Assembly (NCBI GenBank): GCA_038046345.1
Contig: JBBSWJ010000021.1
Coordinates: 1 to 43,598, forward strand
Source: Nanobdellota archaeon
GTDB lineage: Archaea; Nanobdellota; Nanobdellia; SCGC-AAA011-G17; JACPNG01
Length of the DNA: 43,598 nt
Reading direction: 5' to 3'
Part shown: positions 27,753-38,046 of the stretch, one piece after another
Position numbering within the stretch: position 1 is the first letter of the stretch
Layout: each line of letters opens with the position of its first letter
Notes under the pieces: generated by a model
What the model was told of the DNA's origin: nothing
Database searches by the model: none
What the model saw: only the letters and a program-made list of their open reading frames with translations
Made by a program: the position numbers and the translations under genes

Positions 27753-28130
27753 ATGATGTTAGCACAAAACGTTGAAGAAAATATTGTAGTATCCTTTGAA
27801 AACGTTAAAAAGGATGTTTTAGTGTTACAAAACGAAATTGGAAGACTCAATATCTTGCTAAAAAAGAGCAATAAAGAAGTTAGCAATCTAAGAGAGTACC
27901 AACACATCACAAACAAATTGCAAAAATCAATTAAAACTTCTCATAGTGCTGAATTATTAAAAATTAATACTATTAAAAGAAAAAAAGACGTGATCATAGC
28001 CTCAAAAGAGGGATCAAAAGCTCATACAAAAAGCTGTCCTTTTGCAAAAAACATTAAAAACAAAATAGAATTTAAAACAAAAGCTTCAGCTTTCAAGAAT
28101 GGCTTCAAAGCCTGCAAATGTTTACAGTAA
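27753..28130 (+). CDS. Hypothetical coiled-coil protein with C-terminal Ada metal-binding-like motif
   Basis: ASKEGSKAHTKSCPFAKNI...A...GFKACKC. Confidence 0.6.
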   Translation: MMLAQNVEENIVVSFENVKKDVLVLQNEIGRLNILLKKSNKEVSNLREYQHITNKLQKSIKTSHSAELLKINTIKRKKDVIIASKEGSKAHTKSCPFAKNIKNKIEFKTKASAFKNGFKACKCLQ

Positions 28131-28161
28131 GTTTTTATCTAAATAAAATTATTTAAAACAC

Positions 28162-28779
28162 ATGAATTTAGAAAAAATTGCTATCTATGTTTTACCTATA
28201 TTTTTATTATTGTTATTTTTACATCTAACAGCATTTGACGCATCTTTTTATAGGCAAGAAGCATTGAAACTTTATACATATAAACAAATACAAGAAGTAA
28301 ACATAAGCTCAGAATTATTGATTAACCATCTTAAAGGAGAAATAGACTTAGCTGATTATTTCACTGAAAAAGAAAATATTCATCTCGATGATGTAAAAAA
28401 ATTGTTAAAAATAAATAAGCTGATAATCATTGCGCTCGGAATAATAATATCATCCGCATCACTTTCACTTATAATCAAAAAAAGATTCATAAGCTTATGT
28501 GGTTATATTACTAACTCATCATTAATCTCTATTGCTTTCTATCTAATCCTAATCATAATCATTATAAGCTGGTTTGAAATTTCTTTTGTAAAGTTTCATG
28601 AAATTCTCTTCACAAATGATTTTTGGCTTCTTGATCAAAACAGTTTGTTAATCACACTTTTCCCGCAAAGATTTTTTGAAGACGCAGCAATTAGAATCAT
28701 AAAAAACAGTGTAATAACCTCAGTGGTAATAGCATTATTTATGATTATATTAAAATTATCAAACAAAAATTTTAAATAG
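28162..28779 (+). CDS. Integral membrane protein, DUF1461/TIGR01906-like
   Basis: E..HLDDVK, F..FHEILFTND.WLLD, LITLFPQRFF. Confidence 0.8.
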   Translation: MNLEKIAIYVLPIFLLLLFLHLTAFDASFYRQEALKLYTYKQIQEVNISSELLINHLKGEIDLADYFTEKENIHLDDVKKLLKINKLIIIALGIIISSASLSLIIKKRFISLCGYITNSSLISIAFYLILIIIIISWFEISFVKFHEILFTNDFWLLDQNSLLITLFPQRFFEDAAIRIIKNSVITSVVIALFMIILKLSNKNFK

Positions 28780-28800
28780 CCTTGGTTAATATCAAAATAC

Positions 28801-29034
28801 ATGCCAAAAAATGTTATAGTTTATTCAACAGAAAACTGCCCGTGGTGCCATAAAGTAAAAGATTTTCTCAAATCAAAAAATATAAAATTTAAAGACGTCC
28901 GAGTTGACGAAGATGAAAAAGCAGCAAAAGAGATGATTGATAAGAGCGGTCAGATGGGGGTGCCAGTTATAGACATTAACGGAGAGATCATAATTGGATT
29001 TGATAAACCTGCATTAGAAAAGGCTTTGGCATAA
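28801..29034 (+). CDS. Glutaredoxin (NrdH/YruB-like)
   Basis: VIVYSTENCPWC, SGQMGVPVIDING, GFD. Confidence 0.92.
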   Translation: MPKNVIVYSTENCPWCHKVKDFLKSKNIKFKDVRVDEDEKAAKEMIDKSGQMGVPVIDINGEIIIGFDKPALEKALA

Positions 29035-29065
29035 CTATTTAAGATATCATTTCTACAAACATTAT

Positions 29066-30280
29066 ATGGATAAAATCCTAAAAGAGGTATTACAAGTTAT
29101 AAAACCAACAGAGAAAGAAATTAATTCAATGAATGATGTTAGTAATTTTATTCTTAAAAAAATTAAGATCCCATATGCAATACCTTTTCTTGGCGGATCT
29201 GGTGCAAAAAATACTTGGTTAAAAAACAGCCATGATATTGACATCTACATTCGCTTTTCAAAAAACAAGTATGCTGGAAAAGATATCAGCAAGATCTTAA
29301 AAAAACATTTAGAAAAAAAATTTAAAATCTCAACACTGCATGGATCTCGTGATTATTATCAAGCAACAATTAATGATTTCACAATTGAGTTTATCCCGTT
29401 ATTTAATATTAATAAAGCAACAGAAGCAGATAACATCACTGACATATCTCCATTACACACAGCTTATGTAAACAAGTATAAAAAATACGATGATATACGC
29501 TTGTTCAAAGCTTTCTGCAAGGCTAACAATGTTTATGGTGCTGAATCTTACATCCAAGGACTTAGCGGATATGTTTGTGAAATACTAATTATCAACTATG
29601 GCTCATTTAAAAACAGTATTAAGAATATCAGCAAATGGAAAGCTAGAACAGAGATTGGAAATAAATCAAAGATTAAAGAATTAAATTCAGAAAAAGTTCA
29701 GTCCCCTTTAGTTTTACTGGATCCAGTTGACCACTTCCGCAATGCGGCGGCAGCTATTAGCAAAGAAAAATATGAGCTATTACGCTCTGCTTGTAAAAGT
29801 TTTGTCAGAAAACCATCAAAAAGTTTATTCGTTAAACAAGAAATTAACTTGGAATACATTAACAAGAAATATCATAATAAGAAAGTTTTGCAATACAAAA
29901 TAATCCCGCTTGATGCTAAAAAAGATGTTGCCGGAGCAAAATTGAGAAGGGGAGTAGAATATTTAGAGGCTAAATTAAAAGAACAAGAGTTTGAAGTTGA
30001 AAAAACATATTGGAACTTTGATAAAACATCAGATCTATTCTTAGTTATGAACCCAAAGACATTACATTACTTAAAAAAACATTTAGGCCCTCCAAAGGAA
30101 AATAAAGCTGCTATTGAAGCATTTAAGAAAAAGTGGAAGGATTATCATGTAAGCTCAAATAGTAAAAGAGTTTTTGTTGAAATACCCAGAAAGTTTCAAC
30201 TACCTGAAGAATTAATCACGCATTTAATAAGATCTGATAAAGTTTTAAAGCAGTTTATGAAGACGATACGAACTGCTTAA
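29066..30280 (+). CDS. cca: CCA-adding enzyme (archaeal class I tRNA nucleotidyltransferase)
   Basis: GGSGAKNTWL..SHDIDIY, VYGAE..IQGLSGY.CEIL, LDPVD..RNAAAA. Confidence 0.93.
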   Translation: MDKILKEVLQVIKPTEKEINSMNDVSNFILKKIKIPYAIPFLGGSGAKNTWLKNSHDIDIYIRFSKNKYAGKDISKILKKHLEKKFKISTLHGSRDYYQATINDFTIEFIPLFNINKATEADNITDISPLHTAYVNKYKKYDDIRLFKAFCKANNVYGAESYIQGLSGYVCEILIINYGSFKNSIKNISKWKARTEIGNKSKIKELNSEKVQSPLVLLDPVDHFRNAAAAISKEKYELLRSACKSFVRKPSKSLFVKQEINLEYINKKYHNKKVLQYKIIPLDAKKDVAGAKLRRGVEYLEAKLKEQEFEVEKTYWNFDKTSDLFLVMNPKTLHYLKKHLGPPKENKAAIEAFKKKWKDYHVSSNSKRVFVEIPRKFQLPEELITHLIRSDKVLKQFMKTIRTA

Positions 30281-30383
30281 TTAAGAAATTTTTGAATCTT
30301 TCGATACTACAAGATATTCAGGAAAACAGAAACATTTATAAGTTAGTAAAAACTAACTATTTTTGAATTCTGGTGAAAATTCA

Positions 30384-31028
30384 ATGTCAGGATACGAACA
30401 AAGGAAAACAGGAACAACAATAGTCGGAATAGTAGCCAAAGATGGTATTGTGATCGCATCGGATCGTAGGGTTACTGCCGGTGGAAGATTTGTAGTAAAA
30501 AAGGATTTTGTAAAACAAGAAAAAATTCTTGATCACTTACTGCTAGCAGTAGCTGGAAGCGTATCAGATGTACAGTTAAACATTAAGTTACTTAAAGCTC
30601 AACTAAAATTATTACACGTAAGACGAGGAAGACCAGCCACCACGGAAGAAGCAGTAAACTTGCTGGCTAATATGCAATATGGTAGTCTAAGGAGATCATT
30701 TGTGATACCAGCAATAGCAGTATTCATTATCGGCGGATACGATCAAGAAAAGGGACCGCAACTATTTGAAACCGGACCGGACGGATCACTAAGTGAACAT
30801 AAAGATTATACAACTGAAGGATCAGGCATGATGTATGCAACTGGTGTGCTTGAAGCAGGATACAAAAATGGTATTAGCATCCCAGAAGCAATAAAACTAG
30901 GTATAGCCGCTGTTAAAGCAGCCATAGAGCGTGACACTGCATCTGGAAATGGTATAAATGTTTCTACTATAACCAAGAATGGTGTGGAAACAGTATACGA
31001 AGCAGTAATACGCATGACAGCAGAATAA
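30384..31028 (+). CDS. psmB: Proteasome subunit beta
   Basis: KTG|TTIVGI propeptide and catalytic Thr, ASDRRVT, AGSVSD, GSGM..A.GVLE, RDTASGNG; likely start at ATG 30384. Confidence 0.95.
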   Translation: MSGYEQRKTGTTIVGIVAKDGIVIASDRRVTAGGRFVVKKDFVKQEKILDHLLLAVAGSVSDVQLNIKLLKAQLKLLHVRRGRPATTEEAVNLLANMQYGSLRRSFVIPAIAVFIIGGYDQEKGPQLFETGPDGSLSEHKDYTTEGSGMMYATGVLEAGYKNGISIPEAIKLGIAAVKAAIERDTASGNGINVSTITKNGVETVYEAVIRMTAE

Positions 31029-31051
31029 CTCAATTCTAGCATAAAAACACA

Positions 31052-32956
31052 ATGACGAATATATTAGATGAAATAACAAAACAAGTAAAAGATAGCAAGG
31101 AAAATATCTCTGATATAGTTTTTGAAGGAGCAAATATAATCATCTACACCAAAAACAAGGAATTTTTCCTTAAGGGTAATAATGTAATCATGGATATAGT
31201 TAATACTATCAAGAAGAGAGTAGAGCTTAGACCAGACCCAAGCATAACCATGAGCCAAGAAAAAGCTGAGAAAATGATCCGTGAATTAATCCCAAGTGAA
31301 GCAGGCATATCAAATATTATTTTTGACCAACAAAGATCCCAAGTAATTATTGAAGCTGAAAAACCAGGGCTTGCAATTGGCAAGCAAGGTGAACTATTAC
31401 GCAGCTTAAGAGAAAATATTCTTTGGGTTCCATTTGTTCAACGTGCTCCATCAATACGTTCTAAGATCATGGAAAATATCCGTTATGTACTTTATGAGAA
31501 CTCTGACTTTAGAAGAAAATTTTTGCATAAAGTTGGAAAAAGAATTTACGATGACTGGAAGCACGGTGAAAGAAAGACCGGATGGGTACGTGTCAGTTTT
31601 CTTGGAGCAAGTAGATTTGTAGGACGTTCTTGCTTCCTGTTACAAACACCAGAAAGTAAAATAATGATAGACTGCGGCATAGACCCTTCAAAAAACCAAA
31701 CAGAGCGTTACCCGATGCTTGAAGCTCCAGAGTTTAACATCCAAGATCTTGATGCGGTAGTAATCTCACATTCACATATTGATCACATAGCTTTAGTCCC
31801 ATATCTATACAAAATGGGTTATACTGGTCCTGTTTATTGCACCGCACCAGTAAGAGATGTTGGAGCATTGTTAATGCTTGATACTATAAGCATTGCAGAA
31901 AAAGATGGGGATAAAGTACTATATTCCAGCACGGACATAAAAGATTTTGTTAAACACACAATATGCTTAGATTACGAAGAAGTAACTGACATAACCCCAG
32001 ATGTACGTTTAACATTTTTTAATGCTGGCCATACACTGGGCAGCGCGTTAGTCCATTTTAATATTGGAAATGGTTATCATAATTATTTATACACTGGGGA
32101 CTTTTTATACGAAAATACAAACCTATTACAGGCTGCTGTAACTAGATTTCCCCGCTTAGAAACTGTCATGATGGAGAGTACTTATGGTTCTAAAGATGAT
32201 CTTGGTCAACCAAGAGAAATCGCTGAAGAAAAATTAATTAAAATTATTAAGGAAACATATGAATCAGGTGGAAAAGTTCTAATGCCAGTGCTTGGCGTGG
32301 GCAGAAGCCAGGAAATGATGCTTATTATTGAAAAATCTATAAGACTCGGCAAACTACCCAAAATGCCAGTTTACGTCCAAGGTATGGTGTGGGACATTAC
32401 GGCTATTCACACTGCGTACCCAGATTTTTTTAATCCAACTATCAAAAGAAATATCTTTCACAAAGATCAAAACCCATTAATGTCTGATATCTTCAAAAAA
32501 GTTACTGGCCGCAAAGAACAGCAAGAAATTATTGACAGCAGTGAGCCATGTATCATAATAGCAACATCTGGAATGATGGAAGGAGGAGCTATAACTGAAT
32601 ACTTTAAACAGTTATCAAGCAATCCAAAACATAGCTTGATACTTTCATGCTACCAAGCTAATGGTACTTTAGGAAGAAAATTACAAGAAGGGAATACTGA
32701 AATAAATGTTGGTACAGCTGACCGCGTTGAAATGATACCAATCAGACTAAAAATTCACACAATGGTTGGTTTTTCCGGGCATAGCAGCAGACAACAACTA
32801 ATGAACTGGGTTAGAAACCTTGATCCGCGCCCTAAAAAGATTATTATTATTCATGGTGAACAAAGTAAGACCTTGGACTTAGCAAGCAGCATTCACAAAC
32901 AGTTTGGTATAGAAACTACTGCCCCGCGTTTATTAGACACTATCAGATTGAAATAA
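31052..32956 (+). CDS. Beta-CASP ribonuclease aCPSF1 (FttA)
   Basis: N-terminal KH domains (AEKPGLAIGKQG), SHSHIDH, NAGHTLGSA, MESTYG, FSGHS. Confidence 0.95.
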   Translation: MTNILDEITKQVKDSKENISDIVFEGANIIIYTKNKEFFLKGNNVIMDIVNTIKKRVELRPDPSITMSQEKAEKMIRELIPSEAGISNIIFDQQRSQVIIEAEKPGLAIGKQGELLRSLRENILWVPFVQRAPSIRSKIMENIRYVLYENSDFRRKFLHKVGKRIYDDWKHGERKTGWVRVSFLGASRFVGRSCFLLQTPESKIMIDCGIDPSKNQTERYPMLEAPEFNIQDLDAVVISHSHIDHIALVPYLYKMGYTGPVYCTAPVRDVGALLMLDTISIAEKDGDKVLYSSTDIKDFVKHTICLDYEEVTDITPDVRLTFFNAGHTLGSALVHFNIGNGYHNYLYTGDFLYENTNLLQAAVTRFPRLETVMMESTYGSKDDLGQPREIAEEKLIKIIKETYESGGKVLMPVLGVGRSQEMMLIIEKSIRLGKLPKMPVYVQGMVWDITAIHTAYPDFFNPTIKRNIFHKDQNPLMSDIFKKVTGRKEQQEIIDSSEPCIIIATSGMMEGGAITEYFKQLSSNPKHSLILSCYQANGTLGRKLQEGNTEINVGTADRVEMIPIRLKIHTMVGFSGHSSRQQLMNWVRNLDPRPKKIIIIHGEQSKTLDLASSIHKQFGIETTAPRLLDTIRLK

Positions 32957-33851
32957 GATCTAACATCTTACACGTGTTACATACATCTTTGCTTGACGGC
33001 TCATCACATTTAGTGCATGAATTTGCTTTTTTTCCAGAGTAAGTTTTTAATAAAGATGGTAATAACTCTAAGAAAGAACTTATAATACCATATTTTGTGC
33101 CAGGATATTTCATCTCAATATCATTTAACATATTTCTAACAACTTCCCTATACGCCCCAGCAGTGTTTGGGCATTCATTAAATTTTACAGGAAATTTTTT
33201 AAGAAACGCATACGTTGCTACCTCTTTTTCGCTCATAAAATACAACGGTTTTATACGCGGTATAAACCTAGAGTCTACCACTAAAGAAGTTTTTGGACCA
33301 AGCCTAATTGATTTTTCATTGTTTCCTTTTAAGTAATTCATCATAACACTTTGGGCTTCATCATCTAAGTTATGCCCAGTAGCCAGCTTGTCTAACTTTA
33401 ATTCCCTTGCCTTTCTGTTAAGTAAACTCCTTCTTAACACCCCGCAAATACTACAAGCTTTAATATCAACTTTTTTAAGAGCCTCATCTAAGCTGATACC
33501 AAACTCATCTTTAAATGAAACAATTTCAAGTGTTATGTTTTCCATCTTGCAGTAATCTTTCAGATCGTCTAATATCCTATACCCAGCTATACCCTCATCT
33601 ATTGCTATTGCTGTCAACCAGATATTTTTGTACTTTTTTTGCAGCTTTGTTAGAATGCTTAACACACTTAGGCTATCCTTACCACCAGAAACAGCTACTC
33701 CGATTCTTTCATTATCTTCAATAAGCCCGTATTTCTTAATTGTTTTTAAAACCTTCTTTTCAAAATATCTGATAAAACAGTTTTTACATAAAGATTTATC
33801 ACTATTAGAAAGCTCAATTACCGGTTCTTCAACACAATTTTTACATGCCAT
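32943..33851 (-). CDS. ncsA: tRNA 2-thiolation protein NcsA/TtuA (TIGR00269-like)
   Basis: N-terminal CxxC..CxxC, VAVSGGKDS PP-loop, CSICGVLRR, ATGHNLDDEAQS, CP, C-terminal zinc finger; likely start MACKNC at 33851. Confidence 0.9.
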   Translation of the reverse strand: MACKNCVEEPVIELSNSDKSLCKNCFIRYFEKKVLKTIKKYGLIEDNERIGVAVSGGKDSLSVLSILTKLQKKYKNIWLTAIAIDEGIAGYRILDDLKDYCKMENITLEIVSFKDEFGISLDEALKKVDIKACSICGVLRRSLLNRKARELKLDKLATGHNLDDEAQSVMMNYLKGNNEKSIRLGPKTSLVVDSRFIPRIKPLYFMSEKEVATYAFLKKFPVKFNECPNTAGAYREVVRNMLNDIEMKYPGTKYGIISSFLELLPSLLKTYSGKKANSCTKCDEPSSKDVCNTCKMLDLISI

Positions 33852-33922
33852 AAAATCTTTATTATTTATTAGTTCCATTAAGCTACAATAAAGCTTAAAT
33901 ATTCTCCGCAGAGAATAACAGC

Positions 33923-34138
33923 ATGGCTAAAAACCTAGAATACAAAGATGAAAGAGGTAACACTTTATATGGATTTTCTCAGACTGGGCTTGATCGCACC
34001 AACGCAAAATTAAACGATGTTACATTAGCCTTAAAGATTTTAATTATACTGTCCATCGTGTTCTTAATAAGCGCAGTATTATTCATTGGCTGGCTTGCAT
34101 ACCATGATGTGCTTACAAGGCTGATATACGGATTTTAA
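33923..34138 (+). CDS. Small single-TM hypothetical protein
   Basis: 71 aa with one hydrophobic helix; opposite strand to the sulfur-relay genes around it. Confidence 0.55.
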   Translation: MAKNLEYKDERGNTLYGFSQTGLDRTNAKLNDVTLALKILIILSIVFLISAVLFIGWLAYHDVLTRLIYGF

Positions 34139-34335
34139 CCACCGCTTATAACACTTAATAACTTAATTTCATCACCATCTTTTATTATTGCATTTTTTGT
34201 TACTAACACCCCGTTTAATGCTATTAATACTGTTTCAGGATTTACCTCTGTTTTTTTTAAAAGCTCAGTTAAATTATCTGCTTCTACCATACTCTTTATG
34301 TTTTTCCGTTCAATAAATACCGAAACACTGGGCAT
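34135..34335 (-). CDS. Ubiquitin-like sulfur carrier (ThiS/MoaD/SAMP)
   Basis: V..NG......I.DGDEIKLL.VISGG with terminal di-glycine; likely start MPSV at 34335. Confidence 0.92.
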   Translation of the reverse strand: MPSVSVFIERKNIKSMVEADNLTELLKKTEVNPETVLIALNGVLVTKNAIIKDGDEIKLLSVISGG

Positions 34336-34927
34336 GTTTAACTCCATCTTTAATCAGCAAATCAATATTAATATTCCCCTCTTCTTTCTTTACTGCTATA
34401 TCTGAAGTTCCAGTAGCCGGATGTTTTGGGCCTAATTGGTCACACACTTCTGGACCTGAACAAAGATTATATAATCCAAGTTCACGAGATTTCTTTATGA
34501 TTAAATCTTTATCCCACGCCAATAACGGTCTTATAACCATCATGCTTGTTGCGTTACTTAGTACACTTAAATTTTTTAATGTTTGACTTGAGACTTGCCC
34601 AAGACTTTCTCCAGTTACAATGATATCACATTCATATTTCTTAGCCAATTCAGAAGCTATCCTATACATTAATCTCTTTGATAAAATAAAATATAACCTC
34701 GGATCACATTTTTTTGTTAGTTCTGCAAACATCTCACCAGACTGAATAACATATAACCTTTTTATCCCAAGTTTTTTGCATATTAGCTTAGTCTTCTCTT
34801 CAGGCGCATTATCCGTGAAAGGCTCTATAGAAAAATGTACACCTATTAATTCAACATTTTTTTCAAGTAATACTGCTGAAGCTACAGCCGAATCAAACCC
34901 ACCAGATATTAAAGATACTGCTTTCAT
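34310..34927 (-). CDS. thiI: ThiI-like PP-loop protein (catalytic domain only, no THUMP)
   Basis: SLISGGFDSAVA, IVTGESLGQVSSQTL.NL, RPLL..DK, PKHPAT. Confidence 0.85.
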   Translation of the reverse strand: MKAVSLISGGFDSAVASAVLLEKNVELIGVHFSIEPFTDNAPEEKTKLICKKLGIKRLYVIQSGEMFAELTKKCDPRLYFILSKRLMYRIASELAKKYECDIIVTGESLGQVSSQTLKNLSVLSNATSMMVIRPLLAWDKDLIIKKSRELGLYNLCSGPEVCDQLGPKHPATGTSDIAVKKEEGNINIDLLIKDGVKHAQCFGIY

Positions 34928-35856
34928 GAAAACACTTTCCTGCCTATATCCTCCAACTGTTGCATTGGCAGATCATCTTTTACTATCAGCTCCCCATGTC
35001 CATGCACTATCACCTCATGTCCATTAACTTTTATTACTACAACTAACGGTGTGTCTATTGTCACAGAAAATTTTTGGCGTATACTTTCAAGATTGACAAC
35101 TTTCTTTTCCGATTTAATAGACCATCCACCGCGTTCTTTACATCTCTTAATCAGTATTTCCATGTTTTCAACTTGCTTTCCTGTACATACCGGGCATTCA
35201 TTGTTCTTACCTACTTTCAAAAATAAAAACTCATTGGTAGCAAGATTAACCCTTAAAAAATCTTTTTGTACCGGAAGATCCAGCAATATATTCATAGCTT
35301 GCTGAACCTGTAAACTTGCTATTACACTTGAGGTCATATTTGTCATTCCAGCAGTTGAGCATGTTTCAAGTTTTCCCAGTTCCGGGTATATACACCTTAA
35401 ACAAACATCCTTCACAACAAACAACGACCCTTTTTGTTTTATGGCAGCACCATGAACCAGGGGGATATTATTTTTTTTACAGAAATCATTTAACAAAAAT
35501 CTCGTTGCGAAATTATCTGTGCAATCCAGCACGACATCCGCGTTTATTAATTCAACATTATCAGTATTAACCTCCAAAGGAAACGCGCTTATGCTTATGT
35601 TGCTATTTGCACTAATAAGATGCTCTGATGCCTGTATAGCTTTAAGTTTGTTCAAATCGCTTTCTGTGTACAATGCTTGCGACGATAAATTTGATTCTTC
35701 TATAATATCAGGATCAAATAATTTTAAATGAATACCATTTCTTGCAAGTAATGAAGCTGCGTGAGTACCCAATGCTCCAAGCCCCACTATACTAACTATT
35801 TTAGTCCTTAAGGCATCTGTGTTCCCTAATGCTTTTTCAAGTCTTGAATACCTCAT
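34924..35856 (-). CDS. ubaA: ThiF/MoeB/UbaA E1-like activating enzyme with C-terminal extension
   Basis: IVGLGALG, D.D.IEESNL..Q, DCTDNFATR, CLRC, CPVC; likely start MRYSRLE at 35856. Confidence 0.88.
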   Translation of the reverse strand: MRYSRLEKALGNTDALRTKIVSIVGLGALGTHAASLLARNGIHLKLFDPDIIEESNLSSQALYTESDLNKLKAIQASEHLISANSNISISAFPLEVNTDNVELINADVVLDCTDNFATRFLLNDFCKKNNIPLVHGAAIKQKGSLFVVKDVCLRCIYPELGKLETCSTAGMTNMTSSVIASLQVQQAMNILLDLPVQKDFLRVNLATNEFLFLKVGKNNECPVCTGKQVENMEILIKRCKERGGWSIKSEKKVVNLESIRQKFSVTIDTPLVVVIKVNGHEVIVHGHGELIVKDDLPMQQLEDIGRKVFS

Positions 35857-35928
35857 ACATTTTGTTAGCCAACAGTCTTTAAAAAACATTTGATAAAATT
35901 TAAATAGAAGCAACTCACTACTTAGTTT

Positions 35929-38031
35929 ATGAAAAAGGTGATGATCATTTGTTTTATATTTACTGTCTTACTGAGCTTTAATGTATATGCTTTTGTTATA
36001 GACTTTAGCGGATCACCATTACTACCGCATAGATTTCCAGCTGATGGGGATAATCTTTTATTGCCATTTAATTCACCAATAACCGGAACTGCTGTTTGCG
36101 ACCTTGAAGTTTCTACCGGAGATTTAGGCGGGCGTATTTGTTCTGGCGCTCCAAGTTACGGCCCTACACCCCAGCCTAGCTTCTGCGGATTAGCTGCAAC
36201 ATCATCAATGCCCGTACCATCATCAGTTAATAACGCACCACAAGATCAAGAAAAAACAAGAGTTTTCATAAACAACAAGTACATCGGAGATACAATAGAC
36301 GGAGCATGCAATAATTGGGGAGAGTATAAATTAGGATGGTTATGGAATAGCCAGACTAGCACAGAATATGAATGCCCTTTGGCTGTCAAAACATATAACT
36401 GCCCATCAGGATTCAGAAACCAGTATGAATGCGCAAGCGAGGGGCTAATAACCTCAATATTTGATCTAGATTTTGTTGAATTAACCTCACAAAACACAAT
36501 TAGATTCTACGCGCCTACTGGACTCCCATTTGATGCAGATTCCCACACACTTGAATCATTAACACTTAATTGTGAAGAGTGTGTATTCAAAACTTGTGAA
36601 ACAGATTATCAAGGCATGTGCGGTACATTTGATAATGGCTGCAGAGGGACAATAACTTGTACATGCGACAGCGGGGAATGTACTAACGGAATGTGCATAA
36701 GCGATGAATGCAGGGCATGCGATTCAACAACATGCGAGATCATTCCAGCTAATGAAGCATGTGGCGGTGAAACATTGTACTGCAATGGCGCAGTTGACTG
36801 TAATACACATGTACCACCAGTAGTTTACCCAAACTGCGCTGTTGATATCAGCAATGGATGCGGGCTAAATAACTTAAACTGCCAATGCATGCCTGGTGAA
36901 CATTGCAGTGTAAGCTCTGGAATAGGCATTTGCTCTTCAGATACTAACAGTTTATACGGAGAGTTTACTGCTAACTGCCTTACTGTTACTGGCACTGCAA
37001 AAACTACTGAAGTGTTTGATGATACTTTTTTTGTAGAGAGCGTAAAAATTTATGTTGATTCAAATTTAGTTACAACCATTACTGAGTTTGGTGCAGATTA
37101 CTCTTTCAGTTATACATTTCTTGAAGGAGACCTACCAGGAGATGTTGATACACCACAAAGTGCAGTAATTACTGTTGATGTTATAGCACCATGGGGACAG
37201 ATAAAACATTTAGATCCTCAAACCATCACGTGCGGCGGTTCACCAGTATTAGGATGCAGAATAGAATCAATAAAGTGGGATGATTGCACTTCAGCCAAAG
37301 AAACAATAGGAGCTGGTATGACCACACAGTTCTCTGTAACACTATCAGGTGACGGATGCGCAGGAAAAAAGGTTACTTTTGATGTTTATGAAAATGATGC
37401 AGGCCCATTCTCAACAGATGACCATGAAGAGTCATGGGATCCTGATGATATTGTTATTCCATCTGATGAACAAACATTTTCTGAAAACTGGAAAGCATTG
37501 TGGCAAAATGATGAAGGTATTGGAAATCCAGAGTTTTACATTAGAGCTAAACTAAGCAGCGCAGATTACAAAGAAAGCGGGCTTATAGAAGTTCGTGATT
37601 GCGATTTTGATAACGACAAAGATTGCGATGGGGTTTATGATAACGCTGATAGTTGTGTTTCAGATAAATGCGGTGAAGAAGTAAATCCAATAACTGGGTG
37701 TTCTGAAGAATTATCAGCATGCGTAGCATTGTGGGATTGCAGTAATGTAAAGTGGAGTTCTTGTGATTATTCTACAAATACTGTTTCAAGAAATGTATGC
37801 AGCACGGGCAGTACTCGTAATTGCTGCAGTAATTATCTCAATCTTGAAAAAGATTGCGCTTGTAAATTCGGGGGCAGTGAAGAAGATTTTGATAATTGCG
37901 GCGGATTTAATTTACTAACTAGCAGAGCCTGCATAGCAGAAGAACCATTTCCAGTGTTTAGTCTTTCTAATGTTGTAATATCCGTAATATTATTAAGCAT
38001 ATTTTACGCTGGAAGAAGAAAATTTTTATAA
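35929..38031 (+). CDS. Large cysteine-rich secreted surface protein with C-terminal sorting-like anchor
   Basis: Signal peptide, dozens of Cys, DFDNDKDCDG Ca-binding-like motif, ends EEPFPVF + TM helix + RRK. Confidence 0.8.
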   Translation: MKKVMIICFIFTVLLSFNVYAFVIDFSGSPLLPHRFPADGDNLLLPFNSPITGTAVCDLEVSTGDLGGRICSGAPSYGPTPQPSFCGLAATSSMPVPSSVNNAPQDQEKTRVFINNKYIGDTIDGACNNWGEYKLGWLWNSQTSTEYECPLAVKTYNCPSGFRNQYECASEGLITSIFDLDFVELTSQNTIRFYAPTGLPFDADSHTLESLTLNCEECVFKTCETDYQGMCGTFDNGCRGTITCTCDSGECTNGMCISDECRACDSTTCEIIPANEACGGETLYCNGAVDCNTHVPPVVYPNCAVDISNGCGLNNLNCQCMPGEHCSVSSGIGICSSDTNSLYGEFTANCLTVTGTAKTTEVFDDTFFVESVKIYVDSNLVTTITEFGADYSFSYTFLEGDLPGDVDTPQSAVITVDVIAPWGQIKHLDPQTITCGGSPVLGCRIESIKWDDCTSAKETIGAGMTTQFSVTLSGDGCAGKKVTFDVYENDAGPFSTDDHEESWDPDDIVIPSDEQTFSENWKALWQNDEGIGNPEFYIRAKLSSADYKESGLIEVRDCDFDNDKDCDGVYDNADSCVSDKCGEEVNPITGCSEELSACVALWDCSNVKWSSCDYSTNTVSRNVCSTGSTRNCCSNYLNLEKDCACKFGGSEEDFDNCGGFNLLTSRACIAEEPFPVFSLSNVVISVILLSIFYAGRRKFL

Positions 38032-38046
38032 TGGGGAAACAATCAA

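Noticed and set aside
30364-30383. GAATT/AATTC hairpin before psmB as another mRNA intron
   Set aside because: No 4-bp helix with bulges, and psmB is complete from the ATG at 30384.
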